A DNA stretch of 64,000 nt from Eledone cirrhosa (taxonomy: Eukaryota). Shown in pieces: positions 53,058-64,000 of the stretch. The notes below the pieces were generated by a model. The model was not told where the DNA came from and searched no databases. It was given only the letters and a program-made list of their open reading frames with translations. Made by a program: the position numbers and the translations under genes. Position 1 is the stretch's first letter. Each line of letters starts with the position of its first letter. The DNA is taken from positions 25,854,001 through 25,918,000 of the forward strand of contig OZ024746.1 of NCBI GenBank assembly GCA_964016885.1. Direction: 5' to 3'.

Positions 53058-53113
53058 CGCATATTTAATTTAGTGCCTCAGCATGGCTTCAGCATGGGTA
53101 AAAGAACAATATA

Positions 53114-54240
53114 CGGGGTTGCTCAGTTCTTAGAGGACATTTGCATGAATTTAGTAAAAGACACATAAATCACAAAAGAAAAAATTGACATGAATAATCT
53201 AGAGACTCTTTTTGACACATCTACACAATGAATCTGCCATTAGCATTGATGACTGCTTCAATACAAGGTTTGAAACTTTGACATGCTTGAATCAGTGATC
53301 TTCCCCTATTTTGGACATTGTGCTAGTTATGGCAGACTTCAGAGATTTTATAGTGTTATGGGAGTATTGATTGACTTCTTTCTTGATTATACCCCATACA
53401 TAGTGGTCCAACGTATTCAGGTCTGAAGAGGTAAGAGGCCATATGTTTGGGGGGTATGTAATCATGCAGAATGTAACTATTCCGTTCTTGGGTTGTCTTC
53501 GCCTCATGAGATGGTGCAGTTTTGTTGGTAGGTGTATGGTCTTCCTTTGCTTACACTCTCTATCCAAGGCCTCACAACACTCTCCAACACCTTATAGTCA
53601 ACAGCATTGACCTTTAAGCCCTGAGGAAAGGAATGAGGAGGCATGACATCTCCCTCATTGCTCATGACCCCCTTTAGGGCCTCTGCATAACCATCTGTCA
53701 TTCCTTCAGTTGACCTTTGGTCCTGATCAAAGTTTTCTCATCACCAGACTCTTGATGTTTCAACTTGCTCAACAAGCACGTTGCACAGATCAGATCTTTT
53801 GTCTTTACAGGCATGAATTGGTTTCTCTGCATCACATGTGACTTGTATTGAAGATCCTTGTATACAATTTTTTTGAGAATGTGCTTTGAAACCTTTCTGG
53901 GATTCTTATCGATAATGTTTTTATCCCTTTCTTACAAATTTGGGTGTTCTAATGGTGTTAGGACCCTTAGTAGGTGTTTTACATTTGGTTGCTGCTGTAG
54001 AATCCCTGCCAGCACTTTCCAGCTATTTGTGAGCATTGACAACAATGACTGCACAACTTTCAGGAAGCAAGCAATCTCTAAATCACTATACACTGCATTT
54101 AAGGCAATGATTACAGTGGGTCTTTTCATTTGCTTAGTCAGCTTGATGTCTGTCATCATTTATCTGAAATGAAATGATAATCAGCACAAGTTAAGAAAAA
54201 GTTAGAGCTATTAAAAAAATGTGTCCTCAACAAACTGTAA
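53114..54240 (-). mobile_element. Tc1/mariner element, decayed, near full length
   Basis: WPLTSSDLNTLDHYVW, VMSNEGDVMPPH, YQQ motifs; TIR ta-cggggttgctcagttctt matches the end of the second copy. Confidence 0.85.
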
Positions 54241-55194
54241 CATAGTGGTTCAACAAAAAGAGATTGGTAAAATAAGTACCTGATTTGAAAAAAAATAAGC
54301 ACTGGGGTCAATATGGTCAAATGAAATTCCTTTAAGGTGGTGCCCCAGCGTGGCTGTAGTTTAATGACAGAAACCAATAAACAAAAATGGTTTAATTAGG
54401 TATGTAAAAGAAGTAACTTTATTGAGGAGAATTTGACCCCTGTAGTAAGTTACTAATTCAAACTATTGCATTCTTTCATTTTAAGTCTCTTTTAAGTATC
54501 ACAAAAATTCGGCATTTTCTGGCAATTACTGTATACATAATCGGAAAATAAAATGAAATGAACAGTACCTAATTGATCTACATATGTAAACTACAGATGA
54601 TTTATTTAGTAAAATATGAAAGGAAATAATTATAATTGATATTAACGAATCTAAAATTAAATTATGTTCATAATTAAATTGTTTGATAAAGTCTGAAAGA
54701 AAATGATTGTGATTGATTTAAATGAGTGTAAAATGAAATTAAGATGGATAATAATGTAGCTTGTGTGTGTTGGGCTTCCATCAGTTCCATCAAAGTATGT
54801 TCCAGTTGTTTGATCAAAAGATTAGCTTGCTTTTGAAATAAATGTAGTTCCCAGGGAGATTGACATGACGCAGTATGTGACAAGGCTGGCATTTTGAATT
54901 GCAATTGAATGGATTGAGCAACATGAAATGTCTTGCTCAAGATTGTATCCTGCATGGAGGTTTCTTAGATGCTTCGATAAGATCCCCAGTCTGATGGTTA
55001 AATGAAGTATTTTGCCTAAGAACACTTTGCACTGCCCAGCCCAGGATTTGAATCCATGATCAACATCCTAACCACTAGGCCACATACCTTCACAATCTAT
55101 GAGGGTATGTTGGGGTTGCTATGGCTGCTGTGCTCTTCCTCAGACCAACTGATAAAGACAATTCATTAAGCATTCAAAGTGTTTCACTCACACA

Positions 55195-55510
55195 ACTACC
55201 ATCATCATAACTATCACCTCCACCATTATCATCAGCACAACCATTATCATCACCGCCACCACCATCAACATCGTCCTCATCACCATAAAAACCACCACCA
55301 CTAACATCTTCAACACCATTATCAGCATCACCACCACCATTATCATTACGACCACCACCATCATCCTCACCACCACCATCAATCATTATCACCACCATCT
55401 TCAACACCACCATCATCATCATCATCATTATCACTATCACCACCACTATTACCATCGCCATCATCATTATTCTCACCATCATTAACATCATCACCCCCGC
55501 CACCATCACT
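55195..55510. repeat. (CAT/CAC)n low-complexity tract
   Basis: Direct reading; similar tracts at 20035-20150 and 61980-62190. Confidence 0.9.
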
Positions 55511-55734
55511 GTCTAAAGATCTAAAGTGTGATTGATGTTCACCTAAAAACAATTGAAAACTAGACTGTACTGATTAATATTGATTGAATATTTACAGTGA
55601 TTATGTAACTACAATAGATGCATGGATAGCTGTATGGTTAAGATGTTCGCTTCACAACCATATAAGCCTTTGGGTTTGATACACCTGCATGGAACCATAG
55701 TGAAGTGTCTTAAACTCTAGCCTCGTAGTCCAAT

Positions 55735-56643
55735 GGATTCTGATCTGGAGAAATAGTAGGTCATATGTTTGGCATGATGTGATCATGGAGATTGTAACTC
55801 ATCCACTCTTGGATTGACTTGGCCTTATGTGGTAGTACAGAGTCTTGTTGATAAGTGTGCGATCTTCCTTTGCTCATGTTTTCTATCCAAGACCTCACAA
55901 CTCTCTTCAACACTCCCTTATAGTCAGCAGAATTGAGCTTCAAGCCTTGTGGAAAGAAGTGAGGAGGCATGACATCTCCTTTGTTGCCCATGACACCCAG
56001 AACCATTACAATTGCTGGATATTTTGTGTGCATGACTATTGAAATGTCTTTAGGGTCTCTGCTTAACCATCTGTCATTCCTTCAGTTGACCTTTTGGTCC
56101 TGATCAAAGTTTTTCTCATCACCAGGCTCTTGGTGTTTCAACTTGCTCAACAAGCACTTTTCACAGATCAGACAGCTATCGTTTGTCTTTACAGGCATCA
56201 ATTGGCCTCTCCGCATCACATGTGACTTGTATTGAAGATCCTCGTATACAATTTTTTTGAGAATGTGCTTTGAAACCTTGAGCTCCTTAGTAATAGCACT
56301 AATTGACTTTCTGGGATTCTTATTGATAATGTTTTTATCCCTTTCTTACAAATTTGGGTGTTCTGCTAGTATTAGGACCCTTAGCAGGAGTTTTTAACAT
56401 TTGGCTGCTACTGTAGAATTTCTGTCAGTGGCTTCCAATTTTTTGTGAAAATTAACAAACTACCGTGCAACTTTCAGGAAGCAAGAAATCTCTACATCCC
56501 TATACACTGCCTTTAAGGCAATGATTACAGCTTGTCTTTTCCTTTGCTGATTTAGTTTGATGTCTGTCATGATTTATTTTAAAAGAATTGACAATCAGAA
56601 CAGGATAGAAAAAGATGTGTCTTTAAAGAATTGAGTAACTCTG
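55735..56643 (-). mobile_element. Second Tc1/mariner copy, 3'-truncated
   Basis: Colinear with 53430-54230; TIR aagaattgagtaactctg-ta; YQQDSVLPH. Confidence 0.85.
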
Positions 56644-57420
56644 TATATACATATAAATACATGTGTGTGTGTGTATATATATATATGTGTGTGTATATAT
56701 GTGTGTTTGTCCTCATGCATCTTCATATTGACACCATCTAAGAGGTGATGTCTTTATAACCAGCATAAACTATGATATGCAGATTAATTTTTCAATAAAG
56801 AGCATCAAAGTAAGATACTCTCATGGAATGACCAAATGAGGTTTATTTTTCAACAGTCACTGGAAAGAAACAATGCAATTATTAATACGAAGAGTTGAAA
56901 TTAATGCATGCAAGATTTCACAACTCTAGCATACTGCTCCTTATTCAGCCTATGAACTTTTCAGCCCCAACAACAGCAATAATTATGGGCTGTGGGCTAA
57001 ATCTGGCTTACAGACATCATGTTGTTCACTTGATAGTGTTATAACTCTAGTTTTGTTATTTTCACCATTCTAATTTGTTAAATTAATGTAATTAAACAAT
57101 GTTATCGTATTAAGAAACATCTGCTCATTTGGTTATCCTTTATATCACTCATATAAAACATATTTTATTGTATATTAAACACTTATAATGAAAAACATTA
57201 AAGTAATTACAAAACAATCTGTTTCCAAAGTCTTTTATGGCCATGGCTTCATTTTGTATTTTGTTATTGACCCTGGTCTGCTAGTCATACTTTTATTGTA
57301 CTGGTTTCAGTCATTTTATATATGTGTGTATATATATATATATATATGTGTGTGTATATATGTGTATATATATATATATGTATGTATGTATATATGTGTA
57401 TATATATATATGTATGTATA

Positions 57421-57608
57421 TATATGTATTATAAAGAGTCGAGATCCAATGGCTGAGCTCTTGTCATTCTAGCAGTTGAAACAGCAAGAGCTCTGCCATT
57501 GGGACCCGACTCTTTATAATACATATAACCATACTCTACTACACCAAGTATTGAGTACTCTGTTGAGTAATGGTCGAACCTGTTTCAAACAGAATCCATC
57601 CTGATTTA
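57421..57608 (+). mobile_element. TA-flanked fold-back cassette
   Basis: Imperfect arms ~57421-57462 / 57484-57526; GAAAcag...ctg just after the apex. Confidence 0.6.
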
Positions 57609-57629
57609 TATATATATACATATATATAC

Positions 57630-58747
57630 ATTTTATGTCCTAAATGCAAAGTATGGGTGCATAAAAGATGTAGTGGGATCACAGGTAAGCTAACTAAGAA
57701 CATAGATTTTACATGTGGCCGGTGTTCTGGTGCAATAAGTAGCAGCAAGTGCCCACAAAATACTAGCTCTTTCAATTGCGCAGAGGGTTCTATAGAAATA
57801 GTGGACAGCTTCCGTTACCTGGGCGATAAAATCAGCAGTGGGGGAGGGTGCTCTGAAAGTACTGTAGCTAGAGTCAGAACTGGTTGGAAAAAGTTCAGAG
57901 AGCTTATACCACTATTAGCTGCTAAAGGGTTCTCCCTAAAAATGAAAGGCAGGTTGTACGATGCCTGCATACGAACAGCAATGTTGCATGGCAGTGAGAC
58001 CTGAGCATTGTGTGCAGAGGATATACGCAGACTAGAGAGGAACGAAGCTTGCATGCTCCACTGGATGTGTAACAGTAATATAGGTGAACGGCAAAGCATA
58101 AACAAACTAAGGAAAAAATTAGAGATAAGAGGGATCAGATGTTGTTTACTCGAGAGAAGGCTACGTTGGTATGGACACGTGATGCGCATGAAAGTCGATA
58201 GCTGTATAACAAAGTGCAGGGCAATAAAGATAGACGGTAGCCACGGAATAGGCAGACCTAGAAAAACCTGGGACGAGCTGATAAACTCCGACCTCACACA
58301 CTTACACCTCTCCAAGACAATGTCACTGGACCGAGACCTTTGGCGGTACTCAGTAACAGAGAAGACCCGCCTTGCCAGTAGGCATCTCTAACAAAATACA
58401 CCCCGTCCCGCCACCACCCCCACCCCATCCACACCACCCCGTTCTATGTAAAGTTATGTTGGTGCTGCGCCATCCAGGCCGAAACAAATGAGATCGTGTA
58501 GGTGTCACAACAAAAAAACACACAGTCCACGCTGTAATGTGGCCGTGTAGGCAACACGGTAAAAACCTCCCAGACCCGCACTGTAAATGTGGTTGGTGTT
58601 AGGAAGGGCATCCAGCTGTAGAAAACCTGCCAGACAGTCCTATGCGAGCAAGACAATCACTCTTGCCTCAAGTGGGACTACCCCCGTCCAAACCCATGCA
58701 AGCGTGGAACACGGACGTTAAACGTTGATGATGATGATGATGATGAT
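57630..58747 (+). mobile_element. 5'-truncated RTE LINE family A, second copy
   Basis: Nearly identical to 8798-9943; TGG>TGA nonsense at 58002. Confidence 0.95.
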
Positions 58748-61700
58748 ACTCATGCAAGTATGGAAAGCGGACGTCAAAACGATATATATATAGGGTACAA
58801 ACGGAAGAAAAGGGCAGTCAACCTAAGTTGAGTTTATTTATATTAACAGTTTGATTATATAGGGTAGTGAAAACTCTTCAGTCATGTTGAGTACATGACA
58901 ACCTCTCTAGTGCCGGTGTCATGATAAAATGCACTGGGTACACTCTTTAGAATTGTATTGCTGATGCTACAATATAATACACCTAATATATCCTCTAAAG
59001 TGGTTGGTGTTAGAAATGGCATCCAGACTTAGAAACTATGCCAAAATATGATCAAGTTAAAATTTCTCTGACCTATATAGTTTTGAACCATGACAATCTG
59101 TCAAACCCATGCCAGCATGGAAAACAGATAATAATAATTGTTTCTACTTTTGGCACCAGGCCAGCAATTATCCCAGTGCATTACTGGTACTTTATTTTAT
59201 CGACCCCGTAAGGATGAAAGGCAAAGTTAACCTCGGCGGGATTTGAACTCAGATCATAAAGGGAGGTAACTCTATGCTTCAATGCATGGCGCCCGACCCT
59301 CTACGGATACTGCCAAAATAATAATGATGATGATTAAGACTTTTGTTGAACTGAGGTAGTGAGATCAGTCAAAATGCTATTGCTGTGAAGCAAACTTCTT
59401 AACCACACAGTCATGCCTGCACTCCTTATATAACCCATCACAGAATTCTATTGTTCTAACTTCACAGCTCTTCTAGTGATAAATATTATATTTTCTGGGA
59501 CTTTTTTACACTGTTTAGAAGTAAAATTTGGTAATTGTCTTCAGTTGACATGTTTGACATATCAATTAAAAAAGATAAGTTATGAGATGAAACTTTCACT
59601 TGTAGGTGAACAAATAGACAAGTAAAATATGGTCAAAATAAAACATTACATACATAAATATATATATATAATGAAATTTGTAATTGGTGGTGGTGGTATT
59701 GGTAAGTGTGACATATTCAATAAAACTGATTAATGTACATGAAACTTTAGACTGTGATACATAAGTTTCTTGATACAAAAGAAAAAATATCTTTACACAA
59801 TATTGTAAATATTGTAATGTTTGATTATAAACATGAAACTTTTGACCAGTGGTTACTAACCTTTTGTCTGTGGAAAATTGAGGGTTCACAAAAGAAGTAT
59901 TGGGGGTGCACAACTTATGTTCTAAATTTCAAGTATTTCGTTTCAACTGTCTGTACATAATATTGGGTATCCATTCTTCTCGAGGTATAAACATTTCACT
60001 TTTACAAATGTTATTCTTGCTGTATAACAATCTGGGAGGTAATTGTAGCAAGTAATGGTGGTCCTTAGTTGTGAAAACATTGGTAACTACTATATACTGT
60101 CAAACACAAATAGTGTTTGATAATAAGGATTTCTAATTTAGGGGTAGAGAAAAGTCACTGAATTCGATTCCAGTACTTGACCCCAGAAGGATGAAATGCA
60201 AAGTTGACCTTCATGAGATTTGAATTTGGAGTTAAGACCCAATAAAGATGCTGCTCAACATGTTATCCAATGCTCTAATGATTCTGCTCATCTACCATCA
60301 TAAATGTTGCATAATAATAACAAAATTTCAACTGTCATACATAAATTTCTTTGTTTAAAAACTGTTTGATAGCCTAAATTTACTCTTTTAATACCAACTT
60401 TCCCAACACTACCTTTGATTCTTACACAAAACTTCTCATCAGAGTGACCATATATTCAATTACATATATTCTATTTCAATTAATTAATGGAGAATTTTGA
60501 GGGATTTAATAAAGTTATTTTATTAGTATGTTGAAAAATGTTCATCTAGATAGGAACCTTTTAAAACTGGTGGTGTTATTTCATAGAACCAGAGCCAGCT
60601 TTGGATGGGCTGGTATGAAAAGGTATAATTTTTTAGATGAAATGTCTAGGTGTGGATAGCCAATTAATTCTTCTCAGTATTTTAGCCCTTTTAATACCAA
60701 ACCTTTTAATACCCCTGATTTTATGATACATAACGGTTTATTTTTGAGTGTTTACATTTATGTAAAAAAACTTACCATCATAATTTTATGTAAGAATCTT
60801 AGTTAAGCATTTTGTTGGCATAGTTTTAATAACATACACTGTATTTCAATTAATTAATGAAGAATTTTGAAGATTTATTAAAATTATTAATTATTTAATT
60901 ATTAAGATAATGCTTGTAACAAATGGCTCTTTATACAATTATGTTGGAAGATTTAGATTTAAATTGGAGCCCTTTAAAATGTGTGGTTTTATATCATAAA
61001 ACCTGAGCTGGTTTTAATTAGTTTGGTATCAATAAGATTATATTTTAAACACCAGATAGATAATGATGTAGTTTATTATATTACTAAATCGCTCCTTTAT
61101 ATTTACAAAATATGATTATTTGAAAATCATATGTAATGTCTTTCATTAGAAATATAGTCGTTTATATTTATTTAAAAACCTTCCATTTAATTTTATGTAA
61201 GGATCTTTATGTTCCAAACACCATATAAATAATTATAAAAGTTAGATATATTACTAAATCGCTCCAAATTCTTGATTATTTTCAAAATTATTTGAAAATC
61301 ATAGGTAGTCTCTTTCATTAGAAAGAAATATGGTGGCAAAAGGGTTAAAAAAAACAAGCTATTTGTTAATAAATATTTCAAGCCAGAGTAAAATATGACA
61401 AGTTTGTTGCCTCTGTTTTTGTTTATTTTGAACACAAACTACAAAAACAAAACTAATTTGTTCTTTAAGATTAAAGATATTTGTAAATTTACATTGAATT
61501 CCCTTAAGAAAAAATATAAATAAATATAATTTGAAAAAAAAAATATACAAGTAAAAAAAAACCCAAACAAACCATGATATCACAATACCAATAGTTGAGA
61601 ATAATAACTTCAAAATTAAATAAAAACATGGAAATACAAAATTGTAAATAAATAGTAGAAAACTAATGATAAATCTCAGAAAAATTTTGATTTGTATGCT

Positions 61701-63612
61701 AAAAAAATATTGCCAATCTTAGAAAGAAAACTTTGGTTTTTAAATAAAATGACAAGGGATTGGGGGAAAAATATTTTTAAAATATGTGAAATATTTCATT
61801 ATAAACTTTAGAGAAAAACAACAATCAAACAGAGATAACACACACAAATTTTCTGAAGATTTCTGATATCTTTGTCAAACATGATCTGGTTAGTTATTGC
61901 TGAATTTTAGAAGTTTCTCTTTCTCTCTCTGACTGGCTGGACAACAGATAAAAAATATGACTTTTGGCAATGTTATTGTTCATTATCGTCGTCATAGTCA
62001 TTATCATACATCATCAGTGTTCATTGTCATCATCATCATCATCAACACCAATGTTCACCATTCATCATCATCCCCATCATCAGTGTTCCTCATCTTTGTC
62101 ATCATTACCATCATCAGCATTACCATCATTCATCATCCAACCATCATCAACATTATTCTTCATCATCATCATCTCCCATCACCATCCATCTGTTTTTAAT
62201 TACTGGCTTATGTAATATATGTTGTTATGGTCCAAGTCAATTCTTATTCCAAGTTATTGCCTTCCTGGAAAATTCAAGGGACCATATCATGCTCAGTCAT
62301 TCTCTTTTTGATATAGTTTCTATGGCTTGATGCATTTCCTAACACCCATCAATTTACAAAGTGTACTGGGTGTATTTTATCATGGCACCAACACTACCAC
62401 TTTATAGAGTGCATTTTGGTGTATTTTTTCATGGCACCAGCACTAGAGAGGTTGTCATGTCCTTGATATGATTGAAGACTCTTCTTTATGAGGGACACAA
62501 ACAGCATCACCAATTGTCAAAATGGTGTTCATACACACATGCATGCATTCACATGCACATGCATGCCTATACACATATGTCCATGCACATGCACACATGC
62601 TCACATCTTGGCATCTGAAAGAATGTCTAGCCATAAAATACTGTCTCATTAAAGTCTCATCCAACCTGTGCCAGCATGGAAAAGTCACTGTAAAAATTAC
62701 GAGGATGAATGATGGGATCTCACACAATTTCCATCTCCCAAATTCTGTCTCCCAAGGCATTGGTTAGCCTGGGGCTATAGTAGAAGACATTTGTCCAAGG
62801 TGCCAGGCAGTAGAATCAAACCTTTTGTTTGTGAGGTGAATGTTTCACCACACAACCTACCTTTTGTATATAGAAGACACTTTGTGGTTACCAGAGTTCG
62901 CAGACCTGTAATTATGTGTCACACCATTTGTACCCCAGTCACTGTGAAAGTGTGTGTGGTTTAGTGGTTAGAGTGTTTGGCACATGATCATAAGGTCCTG
63001 AGTTTGATTCCTGAGTTTGTTTCCTGAGTTTGTTTCCCTCAAAAGGGTGAAAGGCAAAGCTGACCGCCAATAGAATTTGGACTTAGAGTGCAGAAAACCA
63101 AAGTGAATACCACAAAGCATGCTCTCTGACATTTTAACAAGTCTGCTGATTTACCACCTTATCATAGTCCTTGGTCCACTTCCATTCTGATGGGGAGTGT
63201 CTGTAATTTGGTACAGAATAAATATCACTAGTTATTTCTTTCAAAGAACTCTAGCCTTTCTGTTTTTCTGTACTGATGCTTACATCGTTTAGTGGAAGAT
63301 ATATATCCTCACCCTTTTACATTTATGCTTTAAATCTTAAGAATGCCTTAGAGACTTTGAAGGGTCCAGATATCATGGCCTTTTGTAAATTACGGATTAA
63401 AGCACTTCATTCTTTCTCTAAAAATCCAAGTTTAGTGATCATTTGGATAGTGGACATGCAAACTCCTCATCAGTGGTCTATAGATATTCTCTTCTCTTGT
63501 ATCTTCCTTACTACATTTACATCGAGTAGGCAGCTTTATATAAACATTTGCACAAGTGTGTGTATATATACATAAACTATGATACATATATATGCATGTA
63601 TATATATAATAT

Positions 63613-63654
<42 letters not shown>

Positions 63655-64000
63655 CATCATCATTGATTTATGTCAATTTTTTTCCAAGCTTGAATGGGTA
63701 AGGCTAGTCCTATAGAGAACAGTAATGAAACTACTTGCATATATACGCCAACACAGAAAATATCTAAAAAATGAATGTATAATAGAAAGCCATATTGACA
63801 CACACACACATATATGCACACAAACTACCCTTACACTATGTTGTTTATTTGATTTTTTTTTATGTTTCCATTTTTTAACTCATTGTTTTTTTTTCTGGTT
63901 TACGTATATATATGTATATATGTATATATGTATAGCTCTTTTACATACATAGTCATATATTTTAACTTAGAAATATATATTTATATATGTTATATCTCTT

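Noticed and set aside
63405-63478. CTGATGA...GAAA on minus strand
   Set aside because: Stems I and II do not pair convincingly and it is not in a TA-flanked cassette

Overview
AT-rich, microsatellite-dense animal DNA, most likely cephalopod (Octopus-like), judged from the RTE LINE/SINE complement and very long (TA)n tracts. No host protein-coding gene could be supported; most ORF-track entries are translated microsatellites. The window is a mosaic of mobile elements: RTE LINEs (three large 5'-truncated copies), CR1- and L1/Tx1-type LINE 3' fragments, several tRNA-derived SINE families, Tc1/mariner, hAT, Tigger/pogo and Merlin remnants, and a tRNA-Glu pseudogene. The main signal is about 20 complete, variant or half type I hammerhead ribozyme (HHR) motifs from about 10 sequence families, read by eye. 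They sit in short cassettes inserted in (TA)n tracts, densest at 40.8-47.1 kb. Some are physically linked to Penelope-like element (PLE) RT or GIY-YIG fragments. Many cassettes are asymmetric fold-back palindromes whose apex lies at or near the ribozyme and whose short arm ends at an internal TA microhomology. This suggests a (TA)n-targeting PLE/retrozyme system integrating by double priming. All calls are manual; no folding or database search was run.
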